IMG/VR virus record: IMGVR_UViG_3300013121_000005
Span: 1-64,000 of that record
Strand: one strand, 5' to 3'
Length of the DNA stretch: 64,000 bases
DNA from: a virus
Taxonomy: Duplodnaviria; Caudoviricetes
The notes beneath the pieces were generated by a model. It was not told where the DNA came from. It worked only from the letters and a program-made list of their open reading frames with translations, and did no database searches. A program made the translations under genes and the position numbers. Positions within the stretch are counted from its first letter, which is position 1. Each line of letters begins with the position of its first letter. Shown here one piece after another: positions 43,900-53,853 of the stretch.

Positions 43900-44286
43900 G
43901 TGCCTATCCCGATTGAAGCCCACACCTGGGACCAGGAGAGACTCTTACAAGAGATCGCTGTTCGTCTTCCAAAAGGTTGGGGGATTGAATTTGGGCAGGA
44001 CCCGGATTCTTTCCTATGGTGCGTCTCTCTTCTCAAAGAGGACCGTTCTCTTGTTTGGGAATCGGAAGAGGTAGCCCCTAACCTTGTTCTCCTCAATGCC
44101 CTTGGTTGGGTTGAGCTGCGAGCCGCGAGATCGGAGCGAGTGCCCTCCCCATGGGCACCTAGAGTTGCGGAGATAGACCCTCGGAAGCTTCACGAGGTGG
44201 TTTTCCGATTGCAGTCTGAGGACCCTCCGGATCTTGACCCGGGGGAGGTTGACTTGATATACTCTCGGTTTCCACGAAAAAGGTAA
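43900..44286 (+). CDS. hypothetical protein
   Basis: 128 aa ORF upstream of groEL. Confidence 0.6.
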   Translation: MPIPIEAHTWDQERLLQEIAVRLPKGWGIEFGQDPDSFLWCVSLLKEDRSLVWESEEVAPNLVLLNALGWVELRAARSERVPSPWAPRVAEIDPRKLHEVVFRLQSEDPPDLDPGEVDLIYSRFPRKR

Positions 44287-44295
44287 GGCAGGCAC

Positions 44296-45927
44296 ATGGC
44301 TATCAAACAAGGGACTGATATCCGGTCGAAGCTCCAAGCTGGCGTTGGTAAGCTTGCAGATGCTGTAACCATAACGCTCGGCCCTCGGGGTCGTAACGTC
44401 TGCATTGAAAAGGCTTTTGGGGCGCCCCTCATCACCAAAGATGGAGTGAGTGTCGCTAAGGAAATTGAGTTGTCCGACCCTTGGGAGAACATGGGTGCAC
44501 GGCTGGTTCGAGAGGTTTCCTCAAAGACTTCTGACAATGCTGGGGATGGTACAACAACCGCGACAGTTCTTTCGCGGAGTATGTTTGACCAAGGTATGAA
44601 GTTCATCTCTGCTGGTTACGCCCCAGTCCAACTTAAGCGAGGGATGGACAAGGCGTGTAGGCTTTTGGAGGAGGCAATCGTTGATCAGTCGCTTCCAGTT
44701 AGGACTCAAGAGGATATTGCGGGGGTGGCTACCATCAGTGCTAATGGGGATGAGGAGATTGGGAGGATCATAGCTGAAGCGGTAGCGAAGGTGGGTAAGG
44801 ATGGGATCGTTAATATCGAGGAGGGTAAAACAACCTCCATCTCGATAGAAGCCTCTGATGGTATGCAGATTGAGCGGGGCTGGCTCAGCCCCGCATTCAA
44901 GATGGACTCTGCAACCTACTCTTCTACGCTGGATAACCCCTATGTCTTCGTTACCGATATGGTGATTAGTGACATCAGGCCATTCCTTCCTGTCTTGGAG
45001 AAGTTCGTTGAGTGGGGTCGACCGGTACTTTGGGTTGCTGCTGACTTCGAGGGGGAAGCTCTAGCCGTTCTGTGCAAGAATTTCGGAGCAAAGACGCTAA
45101 TTTCGCAGCTAGTCAAAGCCCCGTCTTTTGGGCATCAGCAGACGGAGGTGCTCAAGGACCTTGCAGTGCTGACAGGGGCAACCTTCTTGTCCAAGGAGAT
45201 GGGGGCAACCTTTGAGAGTGTGGACATCTTGATGTTCGGTTCAGCTCGTTTGGTTACGGTTACGGATCGAACGACTACCATTGTGGATGGGGCTGGTTCG
45301 GAAGACAGTCTGACCGCACGTATCTCGCAAATTAAAGCGGAGATTGAACGTACTGGCAGTGAGTTCGATCGAGAGCGTCTTCAAGAGCGGCTAGGTAAGC
45401 TGCTGGGGGGAGTATGCTCGATTAAAGTGGGAGCCCCTACAGAATTGGCTCTCAAAGAGATCAAGGCCAGGATGGAAGATGCTCTGTATGCGACCAGAGC
45501 AGCTATTGACGAGGGGGTGGTACCTGGAGGGGGTATGTGTCTCGTGCGGGCGTCTTGGGCTGTTCGGGATCGTTGGAAGAGGCTACAGCAGCTCCCCCTC
45601 TTGGAAACTCCTGACGAGGAAGTGGGGTTCGGTATTGTTTTGGATGCTTGTAGGGCACCATTTGATGCCATCCTGAGTAATGCCGGAGTGAAGAACCCTG
45701 ATAGGTACTTGGATAGGTTGGCTGAGGATGATGCAGAGTTCAGTGGGGTTGATGCTCGGTTGTTGGAGATTGTAGACCTCAAAGAGGCTGGTATTTTGGA
45801 CCCTACCAAGGTTGTTCGGACAGCTCTGTCAAATGCGGTTTCCTTGACTGGAACCCTCCTTACCACTGAGGTAGCTATCCGAAAGGTCCCTAGCCCTGGT
45901 CGCGACGAAGGGGTGGCCCGTGGCTGA
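44296..45927 (+). CDS. groEL: chaperonin GroEL
   Basis: TLGPRGRNV, ITKDGVSVA, GDGTTTAT, GVVPGGG. Confidence 0.97.
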   Translation: MAIKQGTDIRSKLQAGVGKLADAVTITLGPRGRNVCIEKAFGAPLITKDGVSVAKEIELSDPWENMGARLVREVSSKTSDNAGDGTTTATVLSRSMFDQGMKFISAGYAPVQLKRGMDKACRLLEEAIVDQSLPVRTQEDIAGVATISANGDEEIGRIIAEAVAKVGKDGIVNIEEGKTTSISIEASDGMQIERGWLSPAFKMDSATYSSTLDNPYVFVTDMVISDIRPFLPVLEKFVEWGRPVLWVAADFEGEALAVLCKNFGAKTLISQLVKAPSFGHQQTEVLKDLAVLTGATFLSKEMGATFESVDILMFGSARLVTVTDRTTTIVDGAGSEDSLTARISQIKAEIERTGSEFDRERLQERLGKLLGGVCSIKVGAPTELALKEIKARMEDALYATRAAIDEGVVPGGGMCLVRASWAVRDRWKRLQQLPLLETPDEEVGFGIVLDACRAPFDAILSNAGVKNPDRYLDRLAEDDAEFSGVDARLLEIVDLKEAGILDPTKVVRTALSNAVSLTGTLLTTEVAIRKVPSPGRDEGVARG

Positions 45928-46105
45928 TTTGGTGAGCGGCTACCGAGCACGCCCGCACGATGGCGCGGCTGGGCCTTGGCTCTACGTCGAGGCCCTCTTT
46001 GAGTTGGAAGACTACTACTCCGAGCACGGCTGCACACTTGTGGTCGAGCGCTTCGATATGCCGCGCGACGAATACGAGAAGCTAGGAGACTTCGATGGCT
46101 GGTAG
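45920..46105 (+). CDS. small acidic hypothetical protein
   Basis: Coupled to groEL; ends LGDFDGW. Confidence 0.6.
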   Translation: MADLVSGYRARPHDGAAGPWLYVEALFELEDYYSEHGCTLVVERFDMPRDEYEKLGDFDGW

Positions 46106-46178
46106 CTTCGACTGAGGGAGAGTGGGTCGTGAGCGAGAGGTGGTAGCGCGGTGAAGTAGTTATCTTTTTGGTTGTGTC

Positions 46179-46571
46179 GTGGACAACCGAATGCAAGCTA
46201 CTTACGGGGTTCGGCCTCATCGACTCACTAAGAATGAGATCCCTGCTCTCACCAGAGCTATCCTGGCATTCCAGAGGCGTCAGGCTTCTGTAGGTAAGTA
46301 TGTGCTACAGGGGACCGCTTGCATTCGGATCTACAATGAGGCTGGTATCAATGTGATGGTCCGGGCAGACGATTGGGCCAAGATCGTTCCTTATCTTAGG
46401 GACGGTACGTTTAATCCGAATGTCGTCCCAGTACCTAGTCCGTCAGTTATGCACCCAAACCAGTATAGAGATGTGTCGGTTTTGGATCAGAATGAGCCTG
46501 AGTTGTACCTCAGGATCTACGCAGTTCTGCTGAGATTGTTTCCGATAGAGTTCCCAGTCTCCAACTTGTAG
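46179..46571 (+). CDS. hypothetical protein
   Basis: 130 aa ORF. Confidence 0.6.
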   Translation: MDNRMQATYGVRPHRLTKNEIPALTRAILAFQRRQASVGKYVLQGTACIRIYNEAGINVMVRADDWAKIVPYLRDGTFNPNVVPVPSPSVMHPNQYRDVSVLDQNEPELYLRIYAVLLRLFPIEFPVSNL

Positions 46572-46585
46572 TGGAGGGAGTTACC

Positions 46586-46822
46586 ATGTCCGCTTTTGAC
46601 CCCAAAGGTACTTCTCCAGGTTTGACGCAAAGTGCACCGGAGCGACCAAAAGTCTTTCAAATGCGTTGTCGAAGAGATGGTTGTACCTCCGCACGGGCAG
46701 TCCAGATTCAGGCTGGTCCACGTGATGATGAGGCAGGGGTTGCGCCTTCCCAAAGGCTCTATCAGTGTGTGGAGTGCAAGAACACTTGGGCTATGGCCGT
46801 CGGAGGGGCAGTCTCTTTCTGA
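46586..46822 (+). CDS. Zn-ribbon protein
   Basis: CRRDGC...CVEC; GGAG RBS. Confidence 0.6.
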   Translation: MSAFDPKGTSPGLTQSAPERPKVFQMRCRRDGCTSARAVQIQAGPRDDEAGVAPSQRLYQCVECKNTWAMAVGGAVSF

Positions 46823-46861
46823 TCTTCGATAGTCTCTTTTTTGAGCTGCTTTCTCAGCTCA

Positions 46862-47548
46862 ATGATAACCCTTCAAGACCTTCAGGCGTTCGAGGCAGAT
46901 ACCGCAGCAGTAGTCCCGGGGTTCCGGATAGCTTGGAAGAATGAGTCCACATTTCAGAAGCTTGTGGGGTTGTTCGCTAAGCCATTCAACCCAGATTACT
47001 GTACGAAGTACACAACGACTATAGGTTCGACAGTGTACTTCCCTTCCCGGCAGTTTTACGAGTTAGACCCTAGGCGCTCTTTTGCGATTTTGGCTCATGA
47101 GCGAGTCCATCTTCTCGACTCGAAGAAGCACCCTTTCTGGTTTCCAGTTTCCTATGCTTTCCCCCAGATTTTGTTTCTACCGTTAGTGGTTATGGGGGTT
47201 GTTCTGGCCTTCTTCGTAGGTTGGTGGTCGCTCTTGGCTTTTGGGTTGGCTCTTGTCACTCTTGGACCTTGGCCTGCTCCTGGGAGAGTCCATTGGGAGC
47301 AACGTGGCTATGCAATGTCCATGGCATGTGCTTTCTGGCTCTTTGGGGGCATTCTTTCCTTCCAGAAGGAGTCCATTCGCAAGCAGTTTCTCGGGTGGGC
47401 TTATTTCCGTATGAGTTGGCGTGAGGCGGCGGTTGATGACTGGCTAAGTCGAACCGAGAAGTCTATTCGTAGTGGTGTTTTGCCAGTAATAGACTCCACT
47501 TACGGGGATGTTCTTAAATTCCTTCGTGCCTCTGGGAATGTATCGTGA
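46862..47548 (+). CDS. membrane protein with HExxH motif
   Basis: HERVH, hydrophobic segments, EQRGY. Confidence 0.7.
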   Translation: MITLQDLQAFEADTAAVVPGFRIAWKNESTFQKLVGLFAKPFNPDYCTKYTTTIGSTVYFPSRQFYELDPRRSFAILAHERVHLLDSKKHPFWFPVSYAFPQILFLPLVVMGVVLAFFVGWWSLLAFGLALVTLGPWPAPGRVHWEQRGYAMSMACAFWLFGGILSFQKESIRKQFLGWAYFRMSWREAAVDDWLSRTEKSIRSGVLPVIDSTYGDVLKFLRASGNVS

Positions 47549-47766
47549 GTGGGTCCAATATTGGGTTGCTACGGTGTACCAGGTCCGGGTGTGTAGGCAT
47601 CTTGGGGTCTAGTGGCCAGGAGGTATACCGTATGGTCTGTGGGAATTGCGGGCAGAACTATTTTGTGGTGCTTCAGGTGACCCCAGTTGAGTCTGCTGAC
47701 CGTCGGTTAGAGGGAGGGGTTGACTTGCAGGAACCTCTTTCCCTTCCGGTGGGTCGTGTTGAGTGA
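47545..47766 (+). CDS. Zn-finger hypothetical protein
   Basis: CTRSGC...CGNC. Confidence 0.55.
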   Translation: MSGSNIGLLRCTRSGCVGILGSSGQEVYRMVCGNCGQNYFVVLQVTPVESADRRLEGGVDLQEPLSLPVGRVE

Positions 47767-48703
47767 TGTTGTAGGGCAAGAGGAGGGGGTTGCCTACTTA
47801 CGTCGCATTGTGGAGGGTCAGACCCAATCCCTTATTTTGGTAGGGGAAGAAGGGGTTGGGCGTAAGTTTGCGGTTACTCAGGCATTTAAGGAAATCGTTG
47901 TCCGGCAACGAGGTCTGGGTAGTTCCGAAACTACGCAGGTAGATCGCGGGGTTCATGCTGACTTTACCGTGGTCACAGCACCCGCAGAGAAAGAGATTGG
48001 GGTGGATGCGATTCGTGAGGCGGTGGCTCAAGCTCTTTCGTACCCCTCATCAGCACCCTGTCGATTCTTCGTAATCGACGGGGCGGACCGGCTAACTGAT
48101 GCTGCTGCGAATGCTCTTCTGAAGACGTTGGAGGAGCCTCCTGCACTTTCCCGCTTTTTTCTGCTGGCAGAATCCTATGCCCGTGTGCTCCCTACCATCC
48201 GATCGAGGTGCGGGAGAGTTCGATTTCGGAAGCTCCCTGAATTGTTCATCCTCGATAAGATTGCGAAATTTGAAGAGGACCGTGATAAAGCTCTTGTCTA
48301 CTCTCGTATGGGAGAAGGTTCGGTTGGGAGAGCTATCCAGTACTGGGGAGCAAACCGAATTAGCGTTAGAGACCAAGCTCTAGCTGTTTTGCGAGCTGGA
48401 GTTGCGGGGGATCTGTCAGGTTCGTTCGCTTCGATTGATTCTTTTGGGAAAGACCTACTCCCCTTAGGGGTTCGCTTTCTGTGCTTTCTGACTCACGACC
48501 TTTTAGTGAGTGGGGTTGACCCTCAACGAGCTATCAATCTGGATATTCTTGACGACCTAACTAACATGCGTGATCAAGCCCCCAGAAGTACTTGGTTTAA
48601 GCTCTGGAGAGAGCTGAAGGTTGTTTTGGGACGGTATGAGTCCGTCTACGTTAGTTTGGCGTTCCAGGCGAAGACAGCACTCGCATCGACCTTCTGCGAG
48701 TAG
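47756..48703 (+). CDS. holB: DNA polymerase III delta-prime clamp-loader subunit
   Basis: DVVGQE, GEEGVG, AANALLKTLEEP, LPTIRSRC. Confidence 0.9.
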   Translation: MLSDVVGQEEGVAYLRRIVEGQTQSLILVGEEGVGRKFAVTQAFKEIVVRQRGLGSSETTQVDRGVHADFTVVTAPAEKEIGVDAIREAVAQALSYPSSAPCRFFVIDGADRLTDAAANALLKTLEEPPALSRFFLLAESYARVLPTIRSRCGRVRFRKLPELFILDKIAKFEEDRDKALVYSRMGEGSVGRAIQYWGANRISVRDQALAVLRAGVAGDLSGSFASIDSFGKDLLPLGVRFLCFLTHDLLVSGVDPQRAINLDILDDLTNMRDQAPRSTWFKLWRELKVVLGRYESVYVSLAFQAKTALASTFCE

Positions 48704-48712
48704 GGGTCTCCC

Positions 48713-49696
48713 ATGGCTTTTCGCTTTGCTACGCCAATCGTCGTGTCTTTTGGAGAGGAAACTTTCTTCCTAGACCGGGATTTCAATCAGTTTTGTGCCC
48801 AGCCTCAGTATACGGTTGTGACTCTGGATGGGTCTGACTTGTCGGACGGGGAGTTGATCTCTACCTGCTCTACATTTTCAGTAGATTTGGATGACCCTTC
48901 CAGCACGAAGTCTCGTGTCGTTGTTGTGGACGATGCCCACAAACTCAAGGCTGGGAAAGAACTAAAGACATACCTAGAGCAGAAGCCATCAGACGAATAT
49001 GATTGCATCCTAGCTCTTGTCTTCAGGAGCGAGAAACTCCCTTCTTTCTGGTCTAAGTTGGGTAGTAAGGTAACGTTCCGGGAGCACAAGAAGCTCAAAA
49101 CTTGGGACAACAACAATGAGGTTGTCAGGTGGGTACAGGAGGAAGCGAAACGTTTGAAGCTTTCGCTGGATGCTAAAATGGCTTGGGGGATGTTTCAGCT
49201 TGCCGGGGATGACTTGTACCGGCTGGCTAGTGAGCTGCGAAAGTTAGTCCTGTTGGTTGGGCCTGGGGTTCCCATCACGATAGAGCACTTGAAGCTTGTG
49301 CTTTCCCCAGGTACGACTGCTGAACCTTGGACCGTGGCTGAGGCAGCTTTCGGGAAGAGCCCCCAGAAGGCCATTAACTTACTTTCTTTACTCTACCGTT
49401 ACTCTTCTGACGATCCTTCTATCCCTGTGATGGGTGCGATGATGCGTCAAGCGGAGAAGTTGTTGCTTGTAAGGTCCATGCTTGATCGGAATGCGTCTCA
49501 CGAGGAGATCGCAGGGCGTCTAGGCATGCACCCTTATAGGTTTAAGATGTCTCTTTTGCCGCAGGTTGGGAAACACACTCAACGTGAACTTGTTCGTGCT
49601 ATGCGAAATCTATGTAAATTGGATGTAGACCTGAAGAGTACCAGTCGCTCTCGGAGAACTCTCTTAGAGTTGGTGGTCATCGGCCTTGCAAGTTAG
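48713..49696 (+). CDS. holA: DNA polymerase III delta clamp-loader subunit
   Basis: FGEETF, GDDL..L.SEL.KL, LGMHPY, D.DLK. Confidence 0.85.
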   Translation: MAFRFATPIVVSFGEETFFLDRDFNQFCAQPQYTVVTLDGSDLSDGELISTCSTFSVDLDDPSSTKSRVVVVDDAHKLKAGKELKTYLEQKPSDEYDCILALVFRSEKLPSFWSKLGSKVTFREHKKLKTWDNNNEVVRWVQEEAKRLKLSLDAKMAWGMFQLAGDDLYRLASELRKLVLLVGPGVPITIEHLKLVLSPGTTAEPWTVAEAAFGKSPQKAINLLSLLYRYSSDDPSIPVMGAMMRQAEKLLLVRSMLDRNASHEEIAGRLGMHPYRFKMSLLPQVGKHTQRELVRAMRNLCKLDVDLKSTSRSRRTLLELVVIGLAS

Positions 49697-49716
49697 GAAA
49701 GAGGAGTTGGGGTCCC

Positions 49717-52560
49717 ATGGAGAACGTCACGGTCGCAGCCATCCCTGAGAAAAAGAACGAGCCCGTTTTGATTGGGCGTCATTTCACGAAGGGGTCCCCT
49801 CCAGTGAAGTGGGAGCAACGCACTGCTAAAATCAAGGACCCTGATGGTTCGATCGTGTTTAGCATGGATAACGTAGAAGTGCCTTCGTTTTTCTCTCAGC
49901 TTGCAACTGACATCGCGGTTAGCAAGTACTTTCGGAAGGCAGGGATTAACGGGGATCCGAAGAAAGGTGAAACCTCATTTTCTCAGGTCGTCTTCCGTGT
50001 AGCTCATTCAATTCGGAGGGCTGGGGAGGAGCGTGGGTATTTTGAGAGTCTTGAGGAGGCAATTACTTTCGAGAGTGAGCTAACCTATATGCTCACTCAT
50101 CAAATCGGTGCGTTCAACTCTCCTGTATGGTTCAACTGTGGTCTTTGGCAGCAGTATGGGATTAAGGGGAATGGTGGGACGTGGGCGTACAATGAGGAGT
50201 ACGATGCAAGTTTGAACGGGCAGAACGAGAAGCCTGAGATCATGGAGATGTCCAACGCTTATGAGCGTCCTCAGTGTTCTGCGTGTTTCATTCAGGCCGT
50301 GGATGATGACCTGATGTCAATCTTTGACCTGGTGAAAAACGAAGCTCGTCTGTTCAAGTATGGTTCTGGTACGGGGTCGAACTTCTCGAATCTTCGCTCA
50401 AAGTATGAGAAGCTTTCTGGTGGTGGTCTCAGCTCCGGGCTTATGAGCTTCTTGGAGGTGTTTGATCGTGGGGCGGGTGCGACCAAATCCGGAGGGACTA
50501 CTCGGCGAGCAGCTAAGATGGTTTGCCTTGATATGGATCACCCGGAGATCGTGGACTTCATCGAGTGGAAGATGCGAGAGGAGAAGAAGGCAAAGGCTCT
50601 TATCGCGGCAGGGTGGCCTTCAGATTTCAACGGTGAGGCTTACCACACGGTGTCCGGACAGAACTCGAACAATTCAGTGCGAATTACAGATGAGTTCATG
50701 AAGGCTGTCGAGGCCAACGGGGATTGGCAGACGACTTCTCGTACGACAGGGGAGGTAATCCATACCTACAAGGCGAAGGCCATTTGGGACAAGATTGCGG
50801 AGGCTGCCTGGGCTTGTGCAGACCCTGGGGTTCAGTACGACACCACTATCAACGAATGGCACACGGTACCCAATACAGGTCGAATTCGTGCAAGTAACCC
50901 CTGTAGCGAGTACATGCACCTTGATGAGACTGCGTGTAATCTCGCTAGCTTGAACTTGATGAAGTTCTTGAGGGGGGATGGAACGTTTGACGTCGAGTCC
51001 TATCAGCATGCCATTCGTGTGTTTTTCGTGGCTCAGGATATCCTAGTCGACTTCTCGTCTTACCCAACAGCGAATATCGCTAAGAATAGCCACCGCTATC
51101 GTCCGTTGGGGTTGGGGTATGCCAATCTTGGTTCCTTGCTCATGGTCTCGGGGGTTCCTTACGACTCTGATAAGGGACGAGCAATTGCTGGGGCTTTGTC
51201 AGCGATTCTTACAGGGCATGCGTACCAGACCAGTGCGCAGATTGCTACCCGTAAGGGTCCGTTTGCTGGGTTTGCGAAGAATCGAGAGCCTATGCTTCGG
51301 GTGATGCGTAAGCATCAGCAGGCGGTAAGTGGGATTGATGCCCAATATTGCCCGGATCTTGTCAGAGCTGCGGAGCAGGACTGGGAAGAGGTGGTCCGGC
51401 TGGGGGAGCTGCATGGCTTCCGAAATGCCCAGGCTACGGTTATCGCACCCACGGGTACGATCGGTTTGCTGATGGACTGCGATACGACAGGGATTGAGCC
51501 CGATTTCTCGCTAGTTAAGTACAAAAAGTTGGCTGGTGGGGGGACAATGAAGATTCCCAACCAGTCTGTGGGTAAGGCGTTGGCTCGCTTTGGGTTTGGC
51601 CCTTCAGACGTCGCAAAGATTTTGGCTTATATTGAGGAGAATGAGACCATCGAGGGCTGTCCGCTCGTGACGGATGTGATGCTACCGGTCTTTGATTGTG
51701 CCAATCGGTGCGGTAAGACTGGGGTTCGGTTTTTGTCGCCTGCCAGCCATGTGCGGATGATGGCCGCAGTTCAGCCATTTGTCTCTGGGGCAATTTCTAA
51801 GACTGTGAACTTGCCCAATGAGGCGACGGTTGAGGAAATCCGAGACCTTTACTTTTTGAGTTGGAAGCTGGGGCTCAAAGCAGTTGCCTTGTACCGTGAT
51901 GGGTGCAAGTCTAGTCAGCCTCTTAGTGCTCAAGAAACTAAGGCTCCTGCAAAGAAAGAGGAGGCCAAGGCTTCATCAGTTGCTCGACCTTCTGGAGTTA
52001 GGGTTCGTTTGCCGAAGAAGCGTGGGGGTTTCACACAAGAGGCTTTGGTTGGGGGGCACAAAATCTTCCTCCGTACAGGGGAGTATGAGGATGGCTCTCT
52101 TGGTGAGATTTTCATTGATATGCACAAGGAAGGCGCCGCTTTCCGTAGTATCATGAATTGTCTCGCAATGGCAGTAAGCCTTGGGCTTCAATATGGAGTT
52201 CCCCTTAGCTCGTATGTGAGACAATTTGTCTTCACTCGGTTCGAGCCCGCAGGTCAAGTTGAAGGCCATGCGAACATCAGGATGGCCACTAGTGTTGTAG
52301 ATTACATTTTCCGAACTCTTGGGATTGAGTACCTGGATCGTCATGACCTTGCTCATGTCAAACCGATGGCAGCTTCGACAGCAGACCCAGGTGAGGTAAG
52401 TGCTTTGGGTTCTGTGGAGTCGGCCTCTCCTACTTCTAACCGGCACTATGCGGAGTTGATGGGCGATGCTCCTGCCTGTGATCAGTGTGGGCACATTACT
52501 GTTCGTAATGGTACTTGCTACAGGTGCCTAAATTGCGGTAACTCGATGGGTTGCTCGTGA
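49717..52560 (+). CDS. nrdJ: B12-dependent class II ribonucleotide reductase with TSCPD domain
   Basis: [29 protein letters not shown]-terminal Zn ribbon. Confidence 0.95.
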   Translation: MENVTVAAIPEKKNEPVLIGRHFTKGSPPVKWEQRTAKIKDPDGSIVFSMDNVEVPSFFSQLATDIAVSKYFRKAGINGDPKKGETSFSQVVFRVAHSIRRAGEERGYFESLEEAITFESELTYMLTHQIGAFNSPVWFNCGLWQQYGIKGNGGTWAYNEEYDASLNGQNEKPEIMEMSNAYERPQCSACFIQAVDDDLMSIFDLVKNEARLFKYGSGTGSNFSNLRSKYEKLSGGGLSSGLMSFLEVFDRGAGATKSGGTTRRAAKMVCLDMDHPEIVDFIEWKMREEKKAKALIAAGWPSDFNGEAYHTVSGQNSNNSVRITDEFMKAVEANGDWQTTSRTTGEVIHTYKAKAIWDKIAEAAWACADPGVQYDTTINEWHTVPNTGRIRASNPCSEYMHLDETACNLASLNLMKFLRGDGTFDVESYQHAIRVFFVAQDILVDFSSYPTANIAKNSHRYRPLGLGYANLGSLLMVSGVPYDSDKGRAIAGALSAILTGHAYQTSAQIATRKGPFAGFAKNREPMLRVMRKHQQAVSGIDAQYCPDLVRAAEQDWEEVVRLGELHGFRNAQATVIAPTGTIGLLMDCDTTGIEPDFSLVKYKKLAGGGTMKIPNQSVGKALARFGFGPSDVAKILAYIEENETIEGCPLVTDVMLPVFDCANRCGKTGVRFLSPASHVRMMAAVQPFVSGAISKTVNLPNEATVEEIRDLYFLSWKLGLKAVALYRDGCKSSQPLSAQETKAPAKKEEAKASSVARPSGVRVRLPKKRGGFTQEALVGGHKIFLRTGEYEDGSLGEIFIDMHKEGAAFRSIMNCLAMAVSLGLQYGVPLSSYVRQFVFTRFEPAGQVEGHANIRMATSVVDYIFRTLGIEYLDRHDLAHVKPMAASTADPGEVSALGSVESASPTSNRHYAELMGDAPACDQCGHITVRNGTCYRCLNCGNSMGCS

Positions 52561-52586
52561 CTTAGACCCTAAGATAGTCAGTAGTA

Positions 52587-52623
52587 AAGGGAGCCCTTGT
52601 CTGGTGTAGACAAGGGCTCCCTT
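52587..52623 (+). terminator. long hairpin after nrdJ
   Basis: AAGGGAGCCCTTGTCT/AGACAAGGGCTCCCTT. Confidence 0.6.
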
Positions 52624-52644
52624 GTGTTCTGAAAGGGGTTTGGT

Positions 52645-53496
52645 TTGCGTAAAGTCATTCTTGGGGACAATCTTACGGTCTTAGCTAGTTTGCCAAGTGG
52701 GTTTGCTTCGGTCATCTATATCGACCCGCCATTTAATACAGGGAGGATTCAGAAGCGGGATCGGATCAAGACGACCGTAACGGATGGTCCTGGCGATCGA
52801 GGCGGCTTTGGCGGCCGTCGCTACAACGTCGAGAAGGTAGACAGCAGCACCTACGAGGACTCGTTCGAGGACTTTGAGGGCTTCTTGATGCCCCGCATTG
52901 AAGCGGCCCTTCGGTGTCTCACCAAGACGGGCCAGTTGTTCGTTCACCTCGACTACCGAGAGGTCCATTACATCAAGGTGGCCCTCGACCGCATCCTCGG
53001 GCGAGACCGCTTCGTGAACGAGATCATTTGGGCCTACGACTACGGTGGTCGACCGAAGAACCGTTGGCCCGCGAAGCACGACACGATTCTTTGGTACGTC
53101 ATGGACCCGAGCGACTACGTGTTCGACTTCGACGCAATCGATCGGATCCCGTATATGGCGCCGACTCTTGTGGGGAAGGAGAAAGCGGAACAGGGGAAGA
53201 CCCCAACCGACGTTTGGTGGCATACGATCGTCCCGACCAACGGTAAAGAGAAAACGGGCTATCCGACGCAGAAGCCGTTTGGCGTGTTGAGCCGCCTTGT
53301 GAAGGTCCACTCTCGTCAGGGCGACGTAGTGTTGGATTTCTTCGCGGGAAGTGGCACTACGGGCGAGGCGGCTGCGAAGAATGATCGTGGTTTTGTCTTG
53401 GTTGACAGCAATCCGGAAGCGTTTGCGGTTATGTCAAAGAGATTAGCTCCATTTGACCCTGAGTTAGTAAGGTACGAGCTTGAGGTATTGGTGTAG
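52645..53496 (+). CDS. DNA methyltransferase (N6A/N4C, beta class)
   Basis: IDPPF, YPTQKP, DFFAGSGT. Confidence 0.93.
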   Translation: MRKVILGDNLTVLASLPSGFASVIYIDPPFNTGRIQKRDRIKTTVTDGPGDRGGFGGRRYNVEKVDSSTYEDSFEDFEGFLMPRIEAALRCLTKTGQLFVHLDYREVHYIKVALDRILGRDRFVNEIIWAYDYGGRPKNRWPAKHDTILWYVMDPSDYVFDFDAIDRIPYMAPTLVGKEKAEQGKTPTDVWWHTIVPTNGKEKTGYPTQKPFGVLSRLVKVHSRQGDVVLDFFAGSGTTGEAAAKNDRGFVLVDSNPEAFAVMSKRLAPFDPELVRYELEVLV

Positions 53497-53520
53497 GGGA
53501 TAGACCCCAGGAGGTTGTGT

Positions 53521-53853
53521 ATGTCGTCAGAGGTTAGTTTCACATTCCTAAATACGTACCTTGTTGAGGGGGTTGTGGAGTTAGACCCCATGGCAGATCG
53601 TATGACCATTAGGACGGTTGATCCCAATGGAAACCCTTTTAACTTTGACCTCCAAAAGGTTCTGAGGGCTCTTCATGGGCAGGAAGTCCGGGTAATAGTT
53701 GCCCCTTTGGTGGCAGTTAGAGAACTTGAGCAAATGGTTCAAGCCCAACAGGCTCAAGGGGAAAGCGTTGTTGTGGGGGAACCGCCCGCAGAAGGCGGTA
53801 AAATTGAATTGGCTGCCTCTTTGAAGGGAGGGAAAGGGGGTCTTACGTCATGA
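53521..53853 (+). CDS. hypothetical protein
   Basis: GGAGG RBS; overlaps the ligA start. Confidence 0.65.
   Translation: MSSEVSFTFLNTYLVEGVVELDPMADRMTIRTVDPNGNPFNFDLQKVLRALHGQEVRVIVAPLVAVRELEQMVQAQQAQGESVVVGEPPAEGGKIELAASLKGGKGGLTS

Noticed and set aside
45381-46220. 279-aa antisense ORF over groEL and similar long antisense ORFs
   Set aside because: Explained by the codon bias of the sense genes
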